A DNA stretch of 64,000 bases, taken from the NCBI RefSeq assembly GCF_006345805.1, contig NC_043006.1, positions 92,318,001 through 92,382,000 of the forward strand, read 5' to 3'. The notes below the pieces were generated by a model, which saw only the letters and a list, made by a program, of their open reading frames with translations, did not search any database and was not told where the DNA came from. A program made the position numbers and the translations under genes. Shown in pieces: positions 37,311 through 51,539 of the stretch; position 1 is the stretch's first letter, and each line of letters starts with the position of its first letter. The stretch is from Octopus sinensis (taxonomy: Eukaryota).

Positions 37311-39789
37311 GAATCCACAATAACTATATTACAGTCACCAAAATCCAGTAAGGAACCGTAGAGAATCATCGTGATAGCCTGAACTCTTTGCCCTATCTAT
37401 TTCGTTTCTGTACGCGTCTTGATTCCGAAGAATTTCTATAAGTTCAGTGTTTAAATAGGAATCACTTTTTTGCCACCATCGTGCGTAGTCTTGATTGAGG
37501 ACTCATTCCTGACGACATATAAAGCAGGTGCCTCGAAGCAGCAATAGCAGCAAGCGTTGTTTTCGCATCATTTTATCCTTATGTGCTTATTTTTTAAGAA
37601 TTAATATTGGTTCTACTCTGCGAATTATATGGAGATGAAATATACTATTAGCTAGTCTTCTCATTTATACAAATCAACATTGGTGGAGGCCTTATGTTTA
37701 TTTATGAAAGCCAATAGCGACAAAAAATTTATTGTGAACTACCAAAGGGTTAAAATTCACAATTGTCTTTGTTTGTAATGATATATTTGTGTGTTGCGTA
37801 TTTTTGTGAAAATACGAAAATAGATAACTCTTTACGTGTCTGTTCGATCGGTACGTTTCTTCATCGTTCAACAAGAGTGTTCTTATTTCAGACACCATAT
37901 AATTAATCAGATCATATTAGTAACTCTACACTCAATTGTTTCTAATTTTAACCAGTTTTACTCCATCAACAAAATACTTTCAAACAGTTATCATTCCGTC
38001 ATATTGAAATATTATTTTCTCAGTAATCTCCATTATCTAATTGTAATAAGCATTTGAATTCAGAAATTATAAAATTGAACAAATAACATTTTCAGTGGAG
38101 AGTATTATTGACAATATTGACCCCACTACCTTTGACCGCGATTTCATCTTATCGATATCGAAATAATGAAATACAAAGTAGACTTGGCAGGATTTCACAA
38201 ATTTGATAGATCCAGGCAAGAGATAAACAGCATCAAACGCAGGCGAGCGAAGACGTAAACAGACGGAATTTAATACGGAAAAGAAAACATGAATAAATAA
38301 CATTGGTTGATTTATATATTTTATTGTTTTCTTCCGTTTTTCATAATATATTTAATTCCACTCAGTTCTACCTTTCAGCTATATTTCAATTTGTCTGCGT
38401 CAAGGTTGAACCTATTTATCGCATTTCAGAAACCAATAAATGAAAAACACATTTTGGAATATTAAAAACAATTGTACCATTAGTACTTAAGCACTCCCTC
38501 CCTTTAATGACGTTTTGCGTTATTTTTTCTATATAAATAATAAAAGAGTGTTAGGTTCAATGCGCCAGTGACACTAGAAATCACAGTAAATGTTTAACTC
38601 CAATTTCAGCCTACATTTGTCCCATCAATAAATGCTTTGTGAGATTTAAACTTCCTACTCACGAACACACCTACATACATGTATATATATGTATATATAT
38701 ATATAACATTCTGAAAAAGCTACGCTAAAACTGTGCTGTTCTCCAATTGAAAAATCTTCCAAGTTCTAAGTACTCAATGAAATAAAACTCTTTCTTCTCT
38801 CTTTCACTCTATGCGTATTTATGTATTTGCGTGTGAGTGTTTGAGTGTGTGAGTGTGTATGAATGTGTGTGTCTGTGTGTGTGTGCGTGTGTGTATAAAC
38901 ATCATATCATGTTTGGACTCAAACGCGGTTGTATTTGACAATTTGGTGAAGCGAATATCTAATGCACGACATAACATACATTTTCTGCGAGACATTCTAA
39001 TGTATTGATGATAATTCTTGGAAAATAGCGAAATTTGTACAAATAAGCATGCTACCTTCACTTATGAAAATGTAAATATGGTCCCTTTAAGTGGGCGTTT
39101 TTTCTGCATGACGGAGTTGGCTTTTCTTATATCTAAATACTTTGAAAATCGTCCTGTATTTCATTTATTTTATTTCTGCTGTAATATGTAGAATCATTAC
39201 ATTCGTCGCATAAAAAATATTTTATGGGATTATCCACAGGAAGAAATTTCGTAATTTCTGCGAGGAAACATTGACTGAAATCAATATTGGTCTTGTTTGA
39301 TGAGGCATTTCTTAATGCTGAATATTTATATATACGTCTGAGGTATATATGGACTTACATATGACTGTAATTTTATAGCTTGCAGTCCACCGGATACTTC
39401 GAATAATATAATTTCCTTAACTGCTGGTGATGATAATGTTTTGGGCCCGGTTTAACGTCTATATGAAGTTTCATTCTTTATTTTTATTCTTACAAAGATC
39501 TTATTTGGCATTATTTATATGGGATTAGAAATCATTGTTAAAATGCTATAACTTCTTTAATACGATAATTCATCTGTCTAAACAACATTTAATAAACAAG
39601 GCAATATATATATATGGTTTCCTGTCGTTAGTTTCTGCTTTATACATTGGATCAAGCCAGACAATAACAGCTTTCCTTTTTTTTGCTGTAGTCATTTTAT
39701 ATAAATATACACACATCGACGACTTATTTCGAAAGTGTCGCTCTAGTTTGGGTTGTATTCTTTCATATCGAAAATCTTACAACATTATT

Positions 39790-39821
<32 letters not shown>

Positions 39822-40800
39822 TGTATGTATGTATGTATGCATGTAACTATGTATCTATGTATTCATTTGTGTATGCATGCGTGTATGTATGTATATTTAT
39901 ATTTACACACAAATATATAGATATGTATGTGTGTGTGTGTGTGTGTGTGTGTCTGCAAGTGACAACTTCAGTTGCAATCTTACTGATGTCAAATTTGGGA
40001 CAAACAGACATAACTGCAGAGGCTACATTGGAAGGTAGGCTGATTGAGGTGGTTGTCGTATTCTTCGTTTACCCCCTTTCCTTTCTTCTCTTGAAGGATA
40101 GTGAACAAAGAATTCTAAGCTGTAAGTGTGAAATATGTATGGCAAATCCTTAGTTACAAAAAAATAATTAGAATATTAAAGGCAGTATCATAGCATAAAA
40201 TCTGTGATGACGTCATGTATCTAGAAGCAATGCTTAAATGAGAACAGTCAGAATTTGTGCGTTAAAATCTGTCGTAGTGTTCTGTGTAGTGTGTTGCAGA
40301 AGATCTATTCTATATTCTATTAATCTTTCATGCAGGATAAGAAACGGTAGGTAACCTTTCATCATGCTTATCTCCTCTGATCAAAACTGAGCTTGATTGA
40401 GGAAACGAAAATGCCGGAATTCATCAATTAATTTGTCTGTTCACCCTGCAAAGATGCGAAACAGAATTGGACATTTAAATTTTCTCAAATTAGCGATAAA
40501 TTAGTAATTAGCTTTGTTTATTGAGAAAATTAGATGCGTTATGATGAAACAGCCTTTTAGTCTTATCTTGTCAGTAACCAGGATGATATATCGGAATATT
40601 ATAACTGGAAACAAAGTAGGACATGTTCAATAGCCATTGTAATTTATTTCATTTAGGTTTAAGGCCCCGTGTGATTGTGTGAATTGTATAGTGTGAACTT
40701 TCTATGTATTTTTCCCTATCATCATCTATGTATTTACAATCTTTATACTAATGCGTTGTGACATAAAGAGCTCGATCTTTTAGAACATATACATACATAT

Positions 40801-41227
40801 AGGCGTAGGAGTGGCTGTGTGGTAAGTAGCTTGCTTAAGAACCACATGGTTCCGGGTTCAGTCCCACTACGTAGCACCTTGGGCAAGTGTCTTCTACTAT
40901 AGCCTCGGGTTGACCAAAGCCTTGTGAGTGGATTTGGTAGACGGAAATTGAAAGAATCCCGTCGTATATATGTATATATATATGTATATGTGTGTGTGTA
41001 TGTGTGTGTGTGTGTGTGTGTGTATGTTTGTGTGTTTGTGTCTGTCCCCCCAACATCGCTTGACAACCGATGCGGGTGTGTTTACCTCACCGTAATTTAG
41101 CGGTTCGGCAAAGAGACTGATAGAATAAGTGCTAGACTTACAAAGAATAAGTCCTGGGGTTGATTTGTTCGACTAAAGGCGGTGATCCAGCATGGCCGCA
41201 ATCAAATGACTGAAACAAGTAAAAGAG
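40801..41227 (+). mobile_element. SINE family A, full length
   Basis: AGGCGTAGGAGTGGCTGTGTGG...GGGTTCAGTCCC...CAAATGACTGAAACAAGTAAAAGAG; possible TATACATA TSD. Confidence 0.92.
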
Positions 41228-41539
41228 TATACATATATGTGTATCTATCTATCTATCTATATAAATCTACACACACATATATATATATATACTAATATAG
41301 GATGAATTTTTTTACAGAACAAATTTCATCAAAAACTGGCAGCATATTAAAATACCTTTAAAGGTTAAAATTCTTAACAACTTATAAACAAGAGCAAAAG
41401 AAAATTATTTTGTATGCCAATATGCTGATAACACTTTTAAATCGTCAATTTCCACATATTATTATATACCCACTACAGAAATACTTTGTACTGAAATCGG
41501 GAATCTAGTCAACAGAATTTTGGCTTTTTTCCATGTGCG

Positions 41540-41543
41540 CATG

Positions 41544-41589
<46 letters not shown>

Positions 41590-41826
41590 ATATATATATG
41601 CATATACATATGTATATATATACATATACATGTGTATATATATATACATATACATATGTATATATATATACACATACATGTGTATATATATATATACATA
41701 TACATATGTATATATATATACATATGTATATGTATATATATATATACATATACATATGTATATATATATATACATATACATGTGTATATATATATATACA
41801 TATACATATGTATATATATATATATC
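41540..41826. repeat. Compound (TA)n satellite with recurring TACATATACATATG units
   Basis: Higher-order ~22-26-bp units; yields the many YIY/CIY ORFs. Confidence 0.9.
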
Positions 41827-43654
41827 TCACATGATTTATTCACTCGATGAACTCATAAACCGTTCATATAGTTTAATGAATGTGTGTGATGTATAAATTC
41901 GTATACATAATATCCTTTACTTCCTCAGTTAGCAAGAGGTACCTACCTTGAGGAATATAGGAATTTAGCGAATCCTATTCACACAACGTTTGTCTTTCAC
42001 TTTCTCTGTCTGTTCCACTCCGTTCTCTGATCTTTCTGTCTACCGCTATCACCTGTTCGATTTATTCATAATATTTCGGCTCTCAGAGCAACTGATGCCA
42101 ATCAAAAGTGACGTGTCCTTATTGAAATATTCCTGCAAGTAATTCATTTCGGTTGCAAAATATATGCATTAATATGCATTTCGTGTTATGTGTACCCGTA
42201 CACAGGAACGCACTCACATACCCACTCATTCCCTCACACACACACACACACACACACACCACACACACACGTGCATTTATATATATAAAAATACATGTGT
42301 GCTCATATTTATGTGCGCTTGTGAGTACAAAATTTATGTAAATACGTGTATGTATGTATGTACGCATGTATGCACGTATAAATATGTGTGTGTGTATGCA
42401 CACGTACGCATGGATCTACAAAAGTAATGTTTTACGTAGTACTCAATACGCACAATATCTTGTTAGTCATCTGCTAGTAAAAGCTGCTTTGAATCACATG
42501 CTGGAACGTGTTACTAATATTGCTACACAGTAATACATTAGAACGTAGGAAACCATGAAAACTACGATGGGTAAAGAAATAAAAAAGTATATACGGTTGA
42601 AAATGTAGAACTTGTTTAATAAAAATGATATTTTTCGATGAGTTCATTCTTGATATATTCCTTTTGTGAGAATACATTCTGATGTTTCGGAATGTTACGT
42701 AAATGGGGAAGAAGACGAATATGCATTTTTTTCTTGTGAAAATCTTGCTGGAAGATTTACTGATGTTAGAGTGGAAATAAATCCAAATAAATGAGTTATT
42801 TTTTGTGTTGGCAAGTGTTGCTTAATATTTTGGTATGAAAATGTTGAATTTATTACACTGACACTCGTTATATAACTTGTACCATGTTGACATATTTCTT
42901 TGAATCAAAAAAATAGAATTACCAAACAACTCCACAAGCTAACATCTCTACGCCCACAAACTACATAACATATATTATACATTATGAAGTATATTATATA
43001 ATATAATTTTTCTAGTTCCATACACTTCGACTTTACCAGTTTTCTTGTTATTATCGAAGGAATTAAATCAACATTTAAATAAATTTTCAGATATTTTTGT
43101 ATAACTTCAGTCATTTGCAAATCAAACTCGTGTTTCAATGAATTCGATGCTTTGTTTCTTCTCCCACCAAATTGATATTTGCCTTACACAGACATGAATG
43201 AAAATAAATGTGATAGTCACGTATAAGCATGAATTATTTTGGAAAGCATACATTATTACTAATTGATAATATTCGTAGAATTTAAATTCAATATTTATTA
43301 TTGAAACGATATTAAACTTTCCAAACCAATGACGTTAAAAGTCTCCACGCCCCAAAAATTACCGTTTGAATTATGGTGTTTGCTTAGTATTCAAGGCTTT
43401 AGAATCAAATGCCGTTTTATTACCTTTGAAGTGAAATGTTTGGTTGCGGTATTTCTGTTTCAATGAAACTATATCAATATTATGCTTTTATAGTTGATTT
43501 CCAGAATGAAATGCAGATGGCACAATAGTCGAAATCATTACAAATATGCCTGACCTTTGAGTAGCCCTTAAGTAAATGTTATTTTACAGTCCAAGTGAGC
43601 CAGTGAGTCAGGGATTCAGGTTCTGTTTTAATTTGTCAATATTTCAAGTGGCTT

Positions 43655-43830
43655 AAGACAGAATCGTTAGCAGAATCGTTAGCACACCGGGTAACATTCT
43701 AAGTATACGTTCGTCGGAGTTTATGCGTTCAAATTCCACCGGTGTCAGATTTGTCTTTTATCATTCTGGAGTCGATAGAATTAGTGCCAGTTGAACAACG
43801 GCGATGATGTAATAGACTTAATGTCTCTCC
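43655..43830 (+). mobile_element. SINE family B, diverged
   Basis: CAGAATCGTTAGCAC...GTTCAAATTCC...TTTATCATTCTGGAGTCGAT. Confidence 0.6.
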
Positions 43831-44242
43831 AAAATTTGAAGTCAATATGTCACGTGCTTTACGCCACTAATGCCTTTAAGATTGTGAAAAAATTACTAGA
43901 ATATTCTTATTCTAGTAATTTCCAGATTGTCAATTTTACTATGTAATCCCTCATTGTTAAGAATTTCTCTGGCTAGACAGTATGGTAAAAATGAAAGATT
44001 AAACATGAGAGACGAGTTAGAAGTGAAAAGCTAATGACGTGTCTTGACTTACATTAAGCTCTGTAGAATGGCACAAGATCTGCGATCTGTCTCTCAAAGA
44101 AGAGTTACTTCCGACTGTCTACATTCAGACTTCAAATTCATCATGGGTTTGATTTCACTTCTTTGTCATCCGGAGCTTGATAACAGGATTACCCGTTGTG
44201 TATTGAATTCGATCTCATACGTTATACCTCTATTTCTGCCTT

Positions 44243-44290
<48 letters not shown>

Positions 44291-45185
44291 TGAAAATCCA
44301 TACAAAAAATAGAAACAACATAATATCAGAAAATTACGATCTTTAAATCTCACAACGAGAGATATTCAGCAATTGTACTTTGTAGTAAAAATTATTTGCC
44401 AATATAATATGGCAGTCCTGGTTTAGAACGAATGTTGCTGTAATTTAGCTCCAGGAGACATCGTCTCCAGCTGGCCATAAGACACGATCTGTGTCCTTAC
44501 ATTTTCGAACAAGGAAATCTAACACTCCTACATAATATCAATCTATAACATAAGGGAACGGAAAGTAATATTTGTTTTGTTTGTTTTTTTTCATTTTTAA
44601 ATGTTTCCCGTTTATGTAATTTATAATTCACAATCCCCATTGACTTCTTCACATTTAACTTATATTCGTTAATATTTGTTATAAAAGCATCTTTTAAAAG
44701 TATCTTATAAAAATATTACTTCAAGAGCTAAAACGTACTTTATGTGGTATATTGATGGTATTACCAAAGAATAAATGTAAAAATCGATCATGTGTATTTC
44801 AACAGTAAGATTAATTTACTTATACCCACTCAAACCAAGAAATTAATGAGTAAATTATCAATTATTCATAAGAGAAGGTTAGACGTCCCATTTATTGTTT
44901 ATATTTAATGCATATGGATATAGAAAGATTTATTAATGCATTTCTGTCACTTTAGTAAGATTTACATAAGATCGATATGTTAAAAGAAAACGACACATAT
45001 TTATAGAGACAAATACTACAAACCAAGCTTCGACTGTTTTACAATTGAATATCATCTATTAACGAACATTTTATTGTTGAATAATGGCTATTTCAAAGGA
45101 ATTAATTCAGTTATCAATTGTTAATCAGCTTAGATGCGATATTGAATGCATTTATTGTTATTATTATTATCAGTAGTAGTATTGA

Positions 45186-45300
45186 GAAGGCGGCAAGCCG
45201 GTCGAAACGTTAGCACGTCGGACAAAATGCATAGCTGTGTTTCGTCCATTTTTACGTTCTGAGTGCAAATTACTACTAATTAAGCACTGGGGTCTCTGGT
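45186..45300 (+). mobile_element. SINE family B head fragment
   Basis: AAGGCGGCAAGCCGGTCGAAACGTTAGCACG...GTTCTGAGTGCAAATT. Confidence 0.65.
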
Positions 45301-48300
45301 AGCCGATTTCCCAACGGTGAGAATGTTTGTAACCATTATTATTGGTATTGCTGTTATTATGTTTTAGTGATGGAAGTTATTTTAAATTCATAACCGTTGA
45401 TTGGAACTCTTTATTCAGGTGTATAATGAAAGATATTCTCGGTTTACAGCACAACCTTTTTAGAATAGTGTACGTAGGATATTGCCATGCAATAAAGACT
45501 TTTCTTAAATGTTAGAACCTGATTTAGAGGGGATTTCACTGCCGCTTCTAATATATAGAAATGCCACAAAGTTGTTCAGTTATTAGCTCGGTGATGTTAG
45601 GTATTATGGTAACGGTTTTATGGCATAACGACTTGTCTTAAAGTAGCTCCGCAGCAACAGAACTCTGCAATTTTTTGTATCAAACGCTAATTAGATTTAT
45701 TGTACTTATTTATTTTCAGAAATCGTGAGAGATTTAAGGGAAGGAATAACGTTCAGGTTTTATTTTTCAATAATCTTAGTAAAAAATGGTTTAATTCCAT
45801 GACATCGTTGGCGATGACGGCAACGGGTGATTACTGTAATACAGGCAGACAACGAGAGGAGTGAAAATACATATACTTTCTTTATTATAAACAACTGCAT
45901 AAACAACAATTATTATAACATTAATAGTAAAACTGTCAACAGCACGAGCATGGATAATACTGTAAATATTAATGAAACGCCTTTACAAAACATGAAACTA
46001 ACTATGATTTTTAATGAAAGCAACAATGAAAACGGCCGAGTTGAAAATGCTATGCAAGTGAAAAGAAACGTAATGCGACACAAGAAGGGAGCCTCTACGG
46101 AATCTCACATACTTTTGGAGATTGCAGTCAAATCCTCCTCAAATAATCACTAAAACGGACTTGAAAAGGATAATTACTTAGATAGTAGGTCAACAATGGA
46201 ATAATTACGATTAGAAAGTATTTTATCATTGTGTATTCAATGAAAGCTAACGAGGGACGACATTGTCAATAAGTATACCACAGAAGAAACGCACAGCTAA
46301 TGATGACGGCAGCGACTGCTGAATAGAACGATCCATGTAAATATGGAAATAACTGAAGCTCGGTTTCATGTTGAACAACATGAAGAACTACTGTTGTAGT
46401 TATCCATGCAAGAATAATCATTAGTTTAAATAAGTTTATGTGCATTAATATATATTTAATACTATTACATCTAATACCATTGGCCTTGTCCCATATGCTA
46501 TGGGGCACGGTCAATTATATGAAGACATATCTTACTTCCATTCCATAAAAATGACCTCAGACGAAAGATTGTCAATGCATAAAGCGCGACGGGCAATAAT
46601 CATGGCCGTCAGGCACAAGGACAGGCCACGACAGTGGCCCAGATTGATGCATTTACTTTATGGGTCTTTGTTGGGATCTAATGTCAGTGAAACGCTCCGA
46701 TACACCCTAGAATGCAAGAGGACTAATAGTTCAACTAATGACTTTTCAGACGATGTAAAACTTGCCACCATTATATACTAAGAAGATATTTTAACTATTT
46801 TTTTATAGTTTTTTATAGTTGCGTAGTAGTCTCATTTCATAAAATGTGCTCAGAAGTCCATGTTATATTAGTGCAAATTTCAGCGCTTTATGCGTTAACT
46901 AGTAACGGAGAGAACAATTCTCCGATATTTCATTTTAGCCACGAAAAACATTTAAGGATCACATGTTTTAAAGTGATCTCAAACAACAGAACACACTCTT
47001 ACAATAAATAAATAACAAATTGAAAGATGAACAACACCAAAGCAAACAACAACAATTCAAATGTTACAGTTATGTGGTACCATCAAAAAGCCACGTTACC
47101 GTCCGAGTCGGGGAGAAATTCGATCAAATTTCTATGCTTTTATATTACTAAATATTTGAGAGGTTCACTCAGTACCTAAAATGTCATATATATATCGTGG
47201 TATCCCAAAAATACGATACTTCAATACTACGCCGAGTGACAGACGAACGGATATAAAAGCAAAATGGCAGGCTTCCGAAATCATGACAAATAACACAGAA
47301 AAGGCTCCAAGTAGACTTCTCATTATTTTGTTTATTTACATACACCAGGCATGAGTATTACTGTAGGGGTGTGAAGTTCGATTCTCAATCATGTGGACTC
47401 GTGCTAAGTACCCCTTGCATAGTTGAGTGTTTTGTACTATAACTCCGAACCGACCAATGAATGTGGCTGGCGGAGTCTGTTTGAGAGTCTTCTCTGCAAT
47501 TGAGTAACCCAGCTACTACAACCTGTAGCATTCCTCTGTCATGACTTTATGGCAATTGCATCCCGTTATTTTTATTAAATATGTTATTTATTTTTAGTCT
47601 ATGAAAATTTATTCAAAGAGCTACGGAAGACTTTATGACCCATTGCACAAAATACATTCAGCATCATTCACTTTTTGGTGCAAATTTCACTGTCATTGCA
47701 AATGAAGGTATTTGTATTGCTTGAAACAATCATTATAATATCTAAAACAATCCATTTTCTACCATTATAAATAATATCAATAAGGGTGTTCAATGTATAT
47801 GGGTTGTTGCTCGCTAAAAACTTGAAGTATTCTCCAAGCATCCTTAAAACTTTAGTAGATATTCACTAGTATTCTAAATAGTGTTTCTTGCTTAATTATA
47901 TTTTTTATGTCAATTTTCTCATGTTTTATGATATTCTTTTCATCTTTTCATATTCCATTGCTCGGGAATGACGAATTATGCCATATGCAATTTTATAGCG
48001 CTGCAAAATCTATCTATTTCATGGTTTACAGCAATAATCTCATTCTGTGTAATCACGCAGGAGAAGAATTATGTAAGTCATTATGTTAGAAATTGCATGA
48101 CGAAATCAAATCTACAAAAGACTGCAAAAGTATTTCAAGAAATACTCTGTAGAATGAATCTTGAAATACTTAATGTAAACTTGAAACCTTGAAATTATTC
48201 TTGTAGACTTCACCCACAACCGATGCAAATTTTTGTTCGACCTTTTGTCGCGATATAAATAAAATAAGAACAGGATTTGAACCAGGAAAATGGATATGGA

Positions 48301-48499
48301 TACGATATTTAAGGGCAATCAATATATGTGGCGTCAAGCTTTTTTCAACTTCAACACCTTTATGTTCCAAAGTAGTACCTGATAGCGTAATCATTAACAT
48401 TTATTATCTGCAACGGTTTCAAATACGTCTTATAATCAGCCATCTTGAGAAGGTCTATCATATTCATTTAAGCTCATTAATTTCTGTCTGATCAATATC

Positions 48500-48660
48500 C
48501 GGCAGTTTTTCGTCCGTCATTACGTTCTGAGCTCAAATATCGCCGAGGTTGGTTTTGCATTTCATCAATAAAATAAATACTAGTTGAACACTGGGTTCGA
48601 TGTAATCGACTTAGCTCCTCCCCGAAATTGCTGGCCTTGTGCCAAATTTGAAATCAATAT
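48500..48660 (+). mobile_element. SINE family B fragment
   Basis: TTACGTTCTGAGCTCAAATATCGCCGAGG...GGGTTCGATGTAATCGACTT. Confidence 0.65.
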
Positions 48661-49024
48661 TTTGCGTTTTCTATGTGGTAAAAACTTTGAAAGCGGACAG
48701 TGAGAAATGCATTACATATATTTTTTGCATGTCCAGCACAACGTAACATCACTTCTGTTTTGCTTAGATTTACATAATGTTTCCTGACTGGCAATGGATT
48801 TAATTTACGAAATCCATCTACTTCAAATGGGAATAATTTCTCACACCTCTTTCATACAAAATCGCAACACGATGTAATTGCCATGTAACTTTGATTTGAA
48901 GATTATCATCACGAGTCTATTGGAATCCACTCGTATAAACGTTACTGCCTAATACATCATTTCAAGTAAATATTCTTAGTGAAGTCATGCTAGATATTTC
49001 CATAATATTACCGATGTATATATA

Positions 49025-49055
<31 letters not shown>

Positions 49056-50654
49056 GTGTCTGTATTTGTGTGGCGTGTTTGGGTGGTTGGTTGTGTGTGT
49101 GTGTGTAAATAGGTAGATAAATAGGTATGCGTGCGTTTCTGTATGTCTGGTGTGTATATATGTAGGTTTATGTAAAACACTCATTCTCCCTCCACACACA
49201 CACACACACACGTACATGCATACACTCTTGTATATACACGCAAATATGGACATGAAGGCACCTAACATGTTGTACATCACGAATATAGACTCGTTTGATC
49301 GCTAGGTATGTCTCTCCAGAATATTAATCACCGCATTATATTCCATTCTTTGCCATATGATCTACGTTTCCAGCTATTTGTATATTTACTAGCTTATATG
49401 TCATTTTGTTCCGTTTCGTGTTTTTACATAAATTTCCATGGAACCGACTCACTGATATCTTGAGCGATCAAAATAATGGTAATTTCTGCTTCAGTATTCG
49501 TGCCAGTGGATGGAACCTCGCTTGGCTTTGTCTAGGACCTTTTGTGCTTCGCTCACGAAGCAGATGTAAATGATTATAAATTAGTGGAAATTGTTTCGAA
49601 TATAATTATAAAAAAATTCACGCTGCAGCATGAGATAGACGAGATTTCTACCTATCTTGCATATGAATGAAAAGCTTTGTGATCGTTTAAATCATTAAAA
49701 ATGCCAATCAGAACATAGTAACAAATTCGCCAACTTGCAAAGACAGAACTAATATCATTCACTAGCATGGAATTAAAAACTGAAAAGTGTATTGTGATAT
49801 AAGGGGAACTATGATTTAGTAATACGAGACTGGAATGTAAGAGGTTGCAGAGGTATCGCATTATGTAGTTCTACTGTTACTTTACCTGTTAACATCCATT
49901 CGTATCTCTCTTAAATGTGTTGTATGTATTTCTCTTTATATATGCATGCTTGGGACTCTTGATGAAAGAAAATGTAGGCGCAAGTGTGCCTATATGGTCG
50001 CCGGTTTCGACCTCGAAAAATTGTCTTCAACAATAGCTTCGAAGGGTCCACTGAAAGAGAGGAAGGTAAAGGAAAAAAGATTGTGTGCGGCGTACAGAGT
50101 GAAAGGAACAGGCGGACATTCAGAAATAAAACAAAAATATAGAATCCACTTGCGACGAGGAGAAAATGTTGAACGATGTATTCTATAAAATACGTTTTAA
50201 ACAAGGGATTCTACCAGATCATATTTTCTTTTCTTCTGCTTCTATTTTTGTTTTTATATATAATGAGGCTAGTCAATCAAATTGTATTCGTAAAGTTGCT
50301 ACAGAAAGCGTCCTGGCACAGTTGTGCCCCGCCATTATGTTACCAGTTTTAAACGGTAACACACCAAGCACGTTATAATTGTCGCACTGAAAGTATCGGT
50401 AATGTAATTAGTGAATTCTTCGACGAAGACGTCATGGATAATAGACGAAGAACAATATAAGCACAATGATTTCCTTGTTTATTCATATTCTGCAAATCTA
50501 TATATGCAAATATATATAATGAGGCATTGTAAAAATTCGATTTCTTAAATCAAAGCACCCGGGTCAATCAGGGTTTGAATAAGAATAATAGGGTGTCATA
50601 TCGAGATACAATATATAAATGTGTGTGTGTGTGTGTGTTCATGTGTGTGCTTTT

Positions 50655-50830
50655 ATTCTTTTACATGTTTCAGACATTTGACTGCTGTCATGCTGGAGCA
50701 CCGACTTTAGCCGAACAAATCGAACCCATTACTTATTCTTTGTAAGCCTAGAATTTATTATGTCGGTCTCTTCTGCCGAGCCGCTAAGTTACAGGAACGT
50801 GATGGGGGGAGGACAAACATATACATACAA
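50655..50830 (-). mobile_element. SINE family A 3' half
   Basis: CATGCTGGAGCACCG...CTTATTCTTTGTAAGCCTAG...GTCGGTCTCTTCTGCCGAGCCGCTAAG. Confidence 0.8.
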
Positions 50831-51227
50831 ATAGCCTCATACTCACTCACCCACTCACACACACAGACACATATTCCAAAAAGTTAGAAGGAAAGAAAAA
50901 GCTATGCTTTCTATCCACAATTCATCATGCTTTTTTATCCGAGGCTGCACATATGTATATAAATTAACAGAGACAGAGGGGGGAAGATAGCGAAACTAAT
51001 TGCCATACATCTTGAATATAGATGTTCAAATATAAACATCAAAATTTTGCCTTGATGCGAAACAACTGTAAAGCGGGTGAGATGAATAAACGTTTATTTA
51101 GAATTATAGTGGTTAATAATGCGCTACTTTGGTGTTTAATGTACAAATTATATAAATTAATTTTAAAAATAGATTTAATTTAAATTTGTCGTATATTACC
51201 CTCTTCATTAAACATCACACTATGGGT

Positions 51228-51365
51228 TTCTTTCAGTTTCCATCTATCAAATCCACACGAATGGCTTTCGTCGGCCCGAAACTATGGCAGAAGACTTTCC
51301 CAAAGTGCCACGCAATGGGACTGAACCTGAGACCATGTGCTTGAGAAATAATCTTCTTACCACAC
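51228..51365 (-). mobile_element. SINE family A head
   Basis: GGGACTGAACC, AAATCCACAC and CTTCTTACCACACAGC. Confidence 0.75.
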
Positions 51366-51504
51366 AGCAACATACACATATTTATATATATATATATATA
51401 TACGTAATAAAAAAGACGGAGAAAAAAGACATAAAAATCCTTCAACGCGAGTACGGGGAGCTTTCAAAGTATTAATAAGACGCACAGGGAAGGAAAGAAA
51501 GGGT

Positions 51505-51539
51505 GTTTTACGTTTCGAGTAAAGCTCTTCTTCAGAAAC
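51505..51539 (-). ncRNA. Minimal type-I hammerhead ribozyme in a TA-flanked element (~51400-51600)
   Basis: GUUU-CUGAAGA-A-GAG(CUUUA)CUC-GAAAC-GUA-AAAC; all conserved core nucleotides present, GUA triplet. Confidence 0.7.

Noticed and set aside
37500-37560. TGACG plus CATATAAAG promoter-like arrangement (similarly TATAAAAG near 47256)
   Set aside because: Such motifs are expected by chance in AT-rich DNA, and no downstream gene is supported.
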